NCBI GenBank assembly: GCA_964016885.1
Contig: OZ024755.1
Location: forward strand, 29,202,001 to 29,266,000
Length of the DNA: 64,000 nucleotides
Direction: 5' to 3'
Origin: Eledone cirrhosa
Lineage: Eukaryota
Made by a program: the position numbers and the translations under genes. The notes under the pieces were generated by a model. That model had not been told where the DNA came from. It saw only the letters and a program-made list of their open reading frames with translations, and did no database searches. Of this stretch, positions 53,687 through 64,000 are shown piece after piece. Numbering within the stretch: position 1 is the first letter of the stretch; the number at the start of each line of letters is the position of its first letter.

Positions 53687-54415
53687 TGTCCCTACTATTA
53701 AGTGGTATCACGTATCTCACGTTGTTCCTACTATTGGTGGCATCATATATCTCATGTTATCTCTACTATTGGTGGCATTACATATCTCATGTTGTCTCTA
53801 CTATTGGTGGCATCATATATCTCATGTTGTCTCCACTATTAAGATATCACATATCTCACGTTGTCCCTACTATTGGTGGCATCACATATCTCACGTTATT
53901 CCTACTATTGGTGGCATCATATATCTCATGTTGTCTCTACTATTAAGATATCACATATCTCACGTTGTCCCTACTATTGGTGGAATCACATTTCTCACGC
54001 TGTCCCTACTATTGGTGGCATCACATATCTCACGTTGTTCCTACTATTGGTGGCATCACATATCTCATGTTGTCTCTACTATTGGTGGCATCACATATCT
54101 CACGTTGTCTCTACTATTAAGATATCACATATCTCACGTTGTCCCTACTATTGGTGGAATCACATTTCTCACGCTGTCCCTACTATTGGTGGTATCACAT
54201 ATCTCACGTTGTTCCTACTATTGGTGGCATCACATATCTCATGTTGTCTCTACTATTGGTGGCATCACATATCTCACGTTGTCTCTACTATTAAGATATC
54301 ACATATCTCACGTTGTCTCTACTATTGGTGGCATCACATATCTCACGTTGTCTCTACTATTAAGATATCACATATCTCACGTTGTCTCTACTATTGGTGG
54401 CATCACATATCTCAT
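53687..54415. repeat. 34/35-bp minisatellite, about 21 units
   Basis: Unit ATCACATATCTCACGTTGTCTCTACTATT(GGTGGC|AAGAT). Confidence 0.95.
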
Positions 54416-54620
54416 TGCGCCATGGAAGTCTGTCTGGGGTGGAACTGCAGCGCCGGCTGTGGCTGTAGAGCCCGATCCTTGAACGGCAGGCCCTGCATGT
54501 GAAAACGATGTCGTCCACGGTTGCTGACTGCCCTCTCTGACATCTGCGTGCTCTTCTTTCGTCCCGTTTGCACACGTCTTTATAGCGGAGTATGGACCTT
54601 CCTGTGGTAAGCTCGCAACA
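54416..54620 (-). mobile_element. RTE (BovB-like) LINE C-terminal fragment
   Basis: GRSILRYKDVCKRD and FTCRACRSRIGLYSHSRRC (C2H2-like tail of RTE ORFs), internally deleted. Confidence 0.75.
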
Positions 54621-54623
54621 CAA

Positions 54624-54676
<53 letters not shown>

Positions 54677-55494
54677 TGTGCGTGTGTGTGTGGTGTGTGT
54701 GTGTGTGTGTGTGTGTGTGTTTATATAGAGTACGGAACATGTAATGATATCACAAAGAGTGTTTCCCCATATGCGAGGAGTGTAGCAACATGCGGTATCA
54801 TAGTTCATAACTCGTCATATGTTTATTAATTCGTTTATTAATACATTGTCTATTTAAAGATTTTAACATATCAAGTAGAATTTCCTCCTCCACTGGGGCA
54901 TTGATACATTTGAGTAGCATAATTGCCCTGGTGTCCTCAGACAACCAGAGATTAGGTTTTGACCCCCTCCAAAAAATGTTATGCATATCAATAATGCTGT
55001 AATGACTATATTAAAGATATCATCTGACCACCCGATGAGGATGAAACTATTTATAAACTTGTTCATTATAGTAAACGACAACGGTGGATGTTTTGCCAGA
55101 ATACTTTATTTGATGATCTAAAGTCTGATTGGAACGTAACATCAAATTCCTCCCACGTCCAATATTGGATGTTCTCACTGAATTATTTGAACAACATCAT
55201 TAAACGTCTCATTAAACCAGGAGGGAGTGTGCAGCCTACTACTCGGCGCCACAATAACCCACTTATCCCTGTACCATTTAACAGCTGAAGTTGAAACTAC
55301 CATGTTAAATACTTTCCATTCTATTTTAAATACTTACAACTGAACCAAGAACGAATCCTTTATGGAATATCTCGGAGAAAAACCGTCTAAATATTATTGA
55401 AATTATTTTTCTAAATATCCCTTTGATACATTAACGACTAGACCTTACTTGGGTCTAAATGTTTAGAACAACCAAGAAAGGTCTGTTCGTTAAC

Positions 55495-55710
55495 GTTGAG
55501 TTACCTTAGTGTGGAACGGCTATCCAGCAATATCAGTGGTTCGAACGACGAAATTGTTTTTTAAACTACAGAAAATTCACAATATTTATCACAATAGTTT
55601 GTCTAATCATTAGACTGCGTAATCATATACGCACTCATAATGCTAATAAAACGAAGGTCATTTGTTCACTGATATTGCTGGATAGCCGTTCCACACTAAG
55701 CTAATTCAAC
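55495..55710. mobile_element. MITE with long TIRs
   Basis: Perfect 34-bp inverted repeat 55505-55538 / 55667-55700, extendable imperfectly by ~10 bp. Confidence 0.8.
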
Positions 55711-56734
55711 CATTTAAATTTCTAATTAAACTCTGTAATTATTATCATAACTGTCAGAGAAAATGTTTTTTACAATAACAACTATGTTTAACAAGGACAT
55801 TTTCGATCTTTATAGGGATGGTAATAATTCAGGATAATGGAACGGAGTTAATGGCTTTTAAGCACCAAGATAAAGGTGAATGATTATTTCTCTAGGATTC
55901 CTTTTTTGTTAGATTTGCCCTCCCAGCAACACTAATTGCAATTAAAATTATAACCAATGCCCACGCAGATTTCAAATCGCACGTAATTCGTTCATGTATT
56001 GACAAGAAGAATAATCTGTCATTTGTATCATGGTAATTCCTGTATTTTTATGCCAAAGTGTCCCTTGTTTTAATCAGAATTTTCACTGATAAAAGTGAAC
56101 ATTGGAATTGCAAAATTTCTAAAGAGATTTTGAAAAATATCTTTTTAACCTCTGAGTTCGAATCAAACCAATTCATCAATAATTTTCGAGTACATGAAAG
56201 ACGTACTAGTCAAAAGCTATGGTTGTTTTTTTGTTATTGATTATACAATACCATTAAAGTATATTGTCTTCAAAGCATTTTATGTGAGCGTTGGAAATTG
56301 TCAAATTGTTAGGCCAGCAGACATAATAACTCTCATTTTGTTACATTTCTGTAAGTCCCAAACTCCAACTCCACCGAGTTTTACCCAAGATTTCCTCCAT
56401 CCGAGTTGTGTAAAATAAGTATTAAATCACATAATAAAACTGTTGCCAATAAATACGCATCAGCTTTACACAAATTTGTTATTTAAAGTCCTTTCTTGAA
56501 CAACATTTTAATTTGCAGGCTCCTTTTCTATACACATGCTACTCAGAGTCACAATTAATTAATTAAGACTTATCTCAAACATTGTGACAAATTTTAATAT
56601 AAATGGTATTACATTTTGGCGACACTACTTTCTGACAGAAAAGCATTCTACATATCCATTCCATTATGTAAAATTTATTAGTAGATATGTGATGAATTCC
56701 TCTCGAAATGTGTGGTTATAAGATTATTGTAAAC

Positions 56735-56876
56735 ACATAGAGTTACGTCCCTTTACGGTCTGACTTTAAATCCCGCCGAGGTTAACTTTGCCTGTCATCC
56801 TTACGGGGTCGATAAAATAAAGTAGCAGTAATGCACTGGGATAATTGCTGGCCTTGTGCCAAAAGTAGAAACAATT
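56735..56876 (+). mobile_element. 5'-truncated SINE family 1
   Basis: TSD ATTATTGTAAA. Confidence 0.85.
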
Positions 56877-57718
56877 ATTGTAAAAACAGTATTCATATGT
56901 TTAATGTCTTCTAAGTAGGAATCAAAATAGTATTTACTAATATGTTCTTGCAATTGAACGTTGACTAAATCATGTCACATATTGGAACTTGAATTTTATT
57001 TTCAAAAATCTAAATCTGTGAGCCACATAAAACGTATTGCTTAGATATAAATTTGACACACATATATATAACCAAACTATGTTAATAATCAATATGATAC
57101 TTCTGTTATGTACATACCATGGGATAAACATTTCAAGCTATTTCCAGCTAATTTTTCCAGTTGCACCTCTTGTAACGAAGCGATAACTTTATAAGTTTGT
57201 AATCCCAGATATCTCACTATCTACAACATCCTTATTCTTGGGAAATTCGACGAAAGCACTGTTGTGTCGCTCCAAAAAACGTACAGCATCTTGCTTGGGA
57301 CGGTTCTATCCGCATCATCATCTGCTAATAATATGCATCTGCCACGTGTTCTGGCTATTGCTGCTATTCAGTCTCAGGTCAGATATGAAGCAGTTTATTA
57401 TAACCAGAATATGTTGCTTGAAACAAAAGAGATGTAATTATTTTGCAAGCTTGAAGATATGACAAAAGCAAGTATATCGTTTCAATTGATTATATCGATT
57501 TTATTTCATAGTATAAATATTTTTGTCTTCTTTTCCTTTTTAGAGATAGCTTCATGTTATTTCAAGAACGGAATTTACAAGGTTGTTGGACTGAGACACC
57601 ATCCTTCGTGTGTATGTATGTCTTCCAACTTTTTTTATATGTAGATTCATGTCAGAATTTTGTATTTCCGAGTGCATCAAAGTGATATCACCAACACACT
57701 ATATTATCTATAAATATA

Positions 57719-58725
57719 AGGCGGTGGATTGGCAGTATCGGTAGAGAGTCGGACGCCATGCTTTCCAGTATAGTTACGTCCCTTTACGATCTGAGTTCAA
57801 ATCCCGCCGAGGTTGACTTTGCCTTTCATCCTTACAGGGTCGATAAAATAAAGTACCAGTAATGAACTGGGTAATTGCTGGCCTTGTGCCTAAAGTAGAC
57901 ACATATATTATCTATAAATATATAACTGTTCTTCCTATAAGTATCTTATGTATTTCACGTGCTTTTCGCTAATGCATGATTTAATGCATGTGGTATGAGA
58001 TATTGAAAAATATTGAAAGGGCAGCAGAACCCTAACGTAATATGCAGTGAACTAGCCTCAAGTATTTTCCATCAGTGATACAATTGATATTGATAAGTAC
58101 CACGACGATCCTGTCGGTTCTCTGAATGAAATGATAACACTTAATAGTTGTTTCTACTTTTGGCACAAGGCCAGCAATTATCTCAGTGTATTACTGGTAC
58201 TTTATTTTATCGACCCCGTAAGGATGAAAGGCAAAGTTAACCTCGGCGGGATTTGAACTCAGACCATAAAGGGCCGTAACTATGCTGAAAAGCATGGCGT
58301 CCGACCCTCTACCGATACTGCCAATTCACACTTAATAGTGCCGACTAAGTAGAATATTATTCGGTTAGAAATTATAATGATTTATAGTATAGGCACAAGG
58401 CCAGTAATTTGGGGGAGGGGAAAATCGATTAAACGGACCTCAGTACGTTACCGGTGTTTTAATTTATCGACCCCGTAAGGATGCAACGCAAAAATTAACC
58501 CCGGCGAGGTTTTGAACTCAGACCGTAAAGGGCAGTAACTTTATGCTACAAAGCATGGTGACCTACTGCCAATCCACCGCCCTGATTAGAAAGTATAATT
58601 GTTTCTACTTTAGGCACAAGGTCAGCAATTACCCAGTGCATTACTGGTACTTTATCTTATCGACCCCGTAAGGATGAAAGGCAAAGTCAACCTCGGCGGT
58701 ATTTGAACTCAGATTTGAACTCAGA
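57719..58725. mobile_element. Cluster of four SINE family 1 copies
   Basis: 57719-57903(+, TSD TATATTATCTATAAATATA), 58143-58330(-), 58385-58582(-), 58595-58725(-). Confidence 0.88.
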
Positions 58726-59732
58726 TTAGAAAGTATAATAAAAGCAAAATACATGTTGATGTCACAAGAAGGTTTAAATAATGGATTTCTCCGGAACTGC
58801 ATTAGAGATATTTATATCATCATGTTACATAGTTAAGTCTCAAGAGTATTTGTATTTTACACGTAGAACGCCTGCTTTCAATTCTTATCACGTCTGACTA
58901 TAGAATCCCCCTCTGCATATGATACAAACTGCCGCATCTTGTTGAACAGAATCCTTATCAACATACTACATAATCTGTTAAATTTTAACAAGCAGTATTT
59001 TCATGAAAACATATTATTTAACATCATACTTGAAATTGGCCATGACAACTACTCAAATACATAATTAATGCACATCACACGAATACCATTGTATACATTC
59101 CTGTCTATACAAACGTAGATTTTCTTTTCTCTTCACGGATCATTCTCCTTTCGTTATCACCTAGATCCCACACTGACTACCGCTCCCAGTTCATTAGATC
59201 TAGATCTAGATCTCAAACTTATATAATTCCTTTTCCAATCTCATGTTTCAAGTAGATATTCAACTAGCATGGTTGGAAGTAATGCGAAACATCAGTTTAA
59301 GCGCCTTTTAAAACGTCAGTTAAAATAGCTCAATAGCTACTAACTTGATGAATGTATAACAATGTAACAATCCTCTCTCTAGAATGACACCAGGTCCACG
59401 AGTATATATTAAATATTACTTGTATACACATTTACTAATTCTGATTCTGATAAGGATTTTTACTTTTGCAATGCCTGAAAATCTCTTAATCTGTCATGTT
59501 ACCTCTGCAGCAACTGTAGGCTACAACTGATGAAATCAGATCTTTGAAATAGATATGTTGCTTACAATCAAACTCGAACAAAACGACATTTTGGTATGAT
59601 ATTACTGAAGTAACACAATACACGTTGTGCAAATATCTCCGAATATCATCCGATTTTCTACACTTCAAAAAGTTAATTAACAATCTAGTAACAACTATTT
59701 TATGAGATAGATACGTAATAAAAAAGTTACTA

Positions 59733-59769
<37 letters not shown>

Positions 59770-60178
59770 GTGGCTATTTACATAGGTGTGTGAATGTGGA
59801 TGACCATAGCAGATCATGGTTATAAAATGAGCCACTTAGACGAGAATAAATCAATTATTAAATAGTGGTGATGACAATAAACAGTTATAGAACTGTAAAA
59901 TAAAGCAGTGTATTTAATTGCGTTCTCTACGTACGACAGAGGGACACATTGGCAAGCGAAAAGCACACACAATATTCCACATAAATTGTGTAAACAAGAA
60001 GATGTTATTACATTGTTTAACATCAAGTGGGAGACACAAATATTTAAACAAAGAGACAGATACACATAATTACACATTTACATACACAATCACAGTTGAA
60101 GACATGTACACAGGAGTATATAGATTTGCAAAAGCTGTTAAGCGCCTAAAATTAGAAAAGACACTTGCATTCATGTAG

Positions 60179-60250
<72 letters not shown>

Positions 60251-60282
60251 GAAGATCAAAAGATGGTTAAAAGAGTTCCAAG

Positions 60283-60353
60283 TATTTTATTATGCGCATT
60301 TCAAAAACAAATATCATCATGGGATGATATCTGCGTTCTCATCAGATAAAATA
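60283..60353 (-). ncRNA. Minimal type-I hammerhead ribozyme (5187 family, best-preserved copy)
   Basis: Minus strand TATTTTAT-CTGATGA-stem II-GAAA-TGCGCA-TA-ATAAAATA. Confidence 0.85.
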
Positions 60354-60572
60354 GGGAGACATGATATGAAGCTTAAAAAACACTTGTGAATAGTGAAGTT
60401 TTAAATCAACATGTTTATTTAAAACTTCACTATTCTGGTCCAGAAATACCCGTCGAAACGGCTTGAGCTCTGGCCTCGGGTCAAATTTTTTCCTATTTCC
60501 CAGTCTACTACCCTAGGGATCGAGTACTCTGGTGCGTTATGGTCAATCTGGTTTCTTACCACAATTCCTTTG

Positions 60573-60640
<68 letters not shown>

Positions 60641-60799
60641 GTATATATTTATATATTGCTTCACGACATCTACATACGGATTACATTGACTTCTTCACAC
60701 GGTTTAGACCTTATCATTGATTGGTAGTTTTATCTGTATATATATATATATATATATATAAAGTACTAATAATAAATGTGAAGACTAAAATCCAAAGAT

Positions 60800-60850
60800 A
60801 GTTTCAGAAGTTCCCGTTAAGGGTGAAAGCAGCGAATCTTTGCTTAAACT
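60800..60850 (+). ncRNA. Degenerate hammerhead ribozyme
   Basis: AGTTT-CAGAAGT-TCCC gttaa GGGT-GAAA-GCA..TGC-TT-AAACT; stems pair but the core differs from CTGAAGA at 2 positions; 3' parts also at 43245(-), 48433(-), 49660(+). Confidence 0.45.
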
Positions 60851-60920
60851 TTAATCTGTTATTTTAATAAATATATATATATATTACTTCAAAATATTAA
60901 TAAATTCATGTGATCAAATA

Positions 60921-60986
60921 TATTTTATTATATATATTTCAGAGGTACTGAGCTATTTCCTCAGTACGTCCTCATCAGATAAAATA
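60921..60986 (-). ncRNA. Minimal type-I hammerhead ribozyme
   Basis: Minus strand TATTTTAT-CTGATGA-GGAc GTACTGAG gaaatag CTCAGTAC cTCT-GAAA-TATATA-TA-ATAAAATA. Confidence 0.85.
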
Positions 60987-61049
60987 AATTGATGTCTGAC
61001 ATACCTCAAATGTGCTGATGGTTCAATTCCAGTTTTGTTAAAGAGTTGG

Positions 61050-61086
<37 letters not shown>

Positions 61087-61214
61087 AAAGTTCTATTTAA
61101 AGTTGTTGGGATACAACAAGTAAATATTTTTATAACTGATATAAAGCACTCGACAAGTTTTTGGAGTAGATATACGATATTAATAAATGGAAACTATATT
61201 TATAAAACCATATT

Positions 61215-61279
61215 TATTTCATTATAAATATTTCAGGGATACCATATTAAATTATGGTATGCCTTCATCAGACAAAATA
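61215..61279 (-). ncRNA. Minimal type-I hammerhead ribozyme
   Basis: Minus strand TATTTTGT-CTGATGA-AGGc ATACCATA..TATGGTAT cCCT-GAAA-TATTTA-TA-ATGAAATA; same family as 63651. Confidence 0.8.
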
Positions 61280-61923
61280 CAATATATAACAGTTTTACAA
61301 ATAGCTTTGACGTACCCTTTTAAAATACGATATATATATAACCAAATCACATTGAAGAAGACCAGTCGATAATCTGCATCCTCACTATATTTACATTCTT
61401 CGATCACGCCGTGCCTCGCAGAGAATACTAATTGTTTATGTCTGTGTGGAATTATCTTCAAAATATTGAAAACTAAACATACTTTGTATCACGTCATATG
61501 TCTAATAAAGCTGCATGTAAACATGCCTTTTTCTAATTTCGATCAGATTTGCCACGTTAAGAGATTCTTGATCTCAATATTTTATATCACTAATTGTATT
61601 AGTTAATTACATCTTAAGACACATTTTATTAAATTTCATCCCATGTTAAAATAAATTCTGTAGCACACTTCAACTTACTTGACGTATTATAATGGTATCA
61701 TATACAATTTCTAGTGTTTGGAAGATTAATAACGCCGGAAATTTTCATATCAGTAATCTATATACAATACTCTGGCGAAAACAGCTCTACTTATGTGTAG
61801 TGAAGAAACTATCCTTGATATCAATAATTAGTGGTGACCTGTCTCGTCAATAAGGGATCTAATTAATTTTTTTAAATGCCCTGAGTTAAGCGATCTAAAA
61901 GCTGTCATTATAAATATAGAAAA

Positions 61924-62523
61924 CGGTGGATTGGCAGTATCGGTAGAGGGTCGGACGCCATGCTTTCCAGCATAGTTACGTCCCTTTACGATCTGAGTTC
62001 AAATCCCGCCGAGGTTGACTTTGTCTTTCATCCTTACGGGGTCGATAAAATAAAGTACCAGTAATGCACTGAATAATTGCTGGCCTTGTGCCTAAAGTAG
62101 AAACAATTATTATATAGAAAACGATGGATTGGCAATATCAGTAGATGGTCGGACGCCATGCTTTGCAGCGTAGAGTTACGCCCCTTTATGATCTGAGTTC
62201 AAATCCCGCAGAGGTTAACTTTGCCTTTCATCCTTACGGAGTCGATAAAATAAAGTACCAGTCACGCACTGGGGTCGATTTAATCGACTTTCCCCTCCGC
62301 CAAAATTGCTGGCGTTGTGTCTATATAAGAAACCATTTAGATTGGCAGTATTGCTAGAGGGTCGGACGCCATGCTTTGCAGCATAGAGTTACGACCGTTT
62401 ATCATCTGAGTTCAAATCCCGCCGAGGTTAACTTTGCCTTTCAACCTTACGAGGTCGATAAAATAATGTACCCGTAATGCACTGGTTTAATTGCTGGCCT
62501 TGTGCCAAAAGTAGAAACAATTA
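61924..62523 (+). mobile_element. Three tandem SINE family 1 copies
   Basis: ATATAGAAAACG repeated at 61914, 62112 and 62526. Confidence 0.88.
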
Positions 62524-63249
62524 TTATATAGAAAACGGGGACATTCTTTTGTTTCATAAATGTACTTGGATCGAGATTAAGTCATAGATTTTGTTTTCAA
62601 CTTGCTGTTGTAGAAGTGTAACAGAAACGTGTTTGATTGTTAACGATATTTTGATTGCTGATTATAGTATTTATACTTCTAAAACAGCTTTAAATATGTG
62701 ATAAATGATTTTAAAAGGAATTGTTGCCTCTTGAAAGTAGGAATACTGGAGTGATTTCCAAGTGAGATTAATAAAAACAATTATTTTCTTTCATAGAAAA
62801 TATAGGATCAAACCATTGAGACATGATTTATAAACACAAGAATGTGAGGAGGTCTTGTACCATAAATTATAAAACTACATCATCGAATCACCAAGTCTAA
62901 ACTTATCTACTGTAAAATTATTGTTATGTTTTTCCTCGTACAAACAAGAACCTATCTCATTTTCAAATGTCAGGTTTTGATAAACCTTCTAATTTTTCTA
63001 CCCATAAGTATATTATATGCAGTCTTCGGGATAATGTTTTAGCTGAGTGAACAACATAGTAACAGTAGAGTGGTGGTGGTAGTGGTGGTGGTGGTGGTGG
63101 TGGTGGTAGTAGTAGTAGTGGTGGTTTAACTCTTTTGATACCAAACTGTCTGAAACTACTCCAGATTCTGTAAAACAAAAATGTTTATTTTATGGCGCAT
63201 ATATTTATGTAAAGAAAAACAAAAGAAAACTATCATAATATTGTTATGT

Positions 63250-63422
63250 TCTATCGGTAGGGGGTCGGACGCCATGCTTTCCAGCATAGTTACGTCCCTT
63301 TACGATCTGAGTTCAAATCCTGCCGAGGTTGACTTTGCCTTTCATCCTTACGAGGTCGATAAAATAAAGTACCAGTAATGCACTGGGTATTTGCTGGCCT
63401 TGTGCCTAAAGTAGAAACAGTT
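63250..63422 (+). mobile_element. SINE family 1
   Basis: TSD TTATGTTCTA. Confidence 0.85.
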
Positions 63423-63650
63423 ATGTTCTAAACACCAGCTTAATAATATGTAGGGGATTAAATCAATCCCATCACTGCACCAGGGCTTGATGTACACAAC
63501 CACAAGGATATGGTGTGAACGTGGAAGAGCCGAACTCCCTCTAGCAACGCCTCTACAAGGTAGTAACCACACTATCCGGGAGCTTCCAACCGACATGGTT
63601 GCATTCTTTAAGGGTATGTCAATATTTGTTTATAAAACTGATCTATATTA

Positions 63651-63716
63651 TATTTTATCTGATGAAAGCGCACAATAGTTGGCTTTGGTGGCCCTTGAAA
63701 TATGTATAATGAAATA
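63651..63716 (+). ncRNA. Minimal type-I hammerhead ribozyme
   Basis: TATTTTAT-CTGATGA-AAG..CTT-GAAA-TATGTA-TA-ATGAAATA; stem II imperfect; tail shared with 2971/5400/25100/61185 copies. Confidence 0.72.
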
Positions 63717-63747
63717 AATATGGTTTTATAAATATAGTTTCCATGTG

Positions 63748-63833
<86 letters not shown>

Positions 63834-63860
63834 TATATATATATATATATGCATATATAT

Positions 63861-63947
63861 ATAAGAGGGCGAGGATCTTTCTTTATTAAACAATCAAATA
63901 TGCATATATATAGGAGGGCGAGGATCTTTCTTTATTAAACAATCAAA
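63861..63947. repeat. Two-copy tandem duplication (~51-bp period)
   Basis: GAGGGCGAGGATCTTTCTTTATTAAACAATCAAA twice. Confidence 0.85.
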
Positions 63948-64000
63948 GTGCCAAGTTTAACAGCTAATTTAATTGTTAGATATTGCATCTTTGTTATTTC

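Noticed and set aside
53661-54502. His/Tyr/Trp-rich ORFs
   Set aside because: Artefact of the 34/35-bp minisatellite; frames shift with unit length
59523-59560. CAA-CTGATGA-..-GAAA-TAGATA-TG-TTG hammerhead-like motif
   Set aside because: Cleavage position is G (NUG not cleavable), stems I and II are weak

Overview
AT-rich animal genomic DNA, intergenic or intronic, with no confidently identifiable host gene. The dominant SINE resembles repeats I associate with octopus genomes, which is an inference. The window is almost entirely repeats: many (TA)n/(CA)n/(GA)n microsatellites, about 30 copies of a ~185-bp tRNA-derived SINE, a second SINE, a decayed pogo-type transposon, a decayed mariner with an internal 21x48-bp array, RTE-type LINE fragments, a Helitron PIF1-helicase fragment, several MITEs and an intron-containing tRNA-Tyr pseudogene. 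The main signal not shown in the ORF track: the short unique islands inside or beside the (TA)n tracts are mostly 100-300-bp elements carrying minimal type-I hammerhead ribozymes. By eye I count about 17 motifs from 11 or more sequence families, including a tandem pair with the covarying U3-A8 core. Many are fold-back (inverted) duplications, with chimeric junctions and captured flanking DNA. This best fits termini (pLTRs) or non-autonomous derivatives of Penelope-like retroelements targeting (TA)n. All structures were folded by eye; no searches were run.
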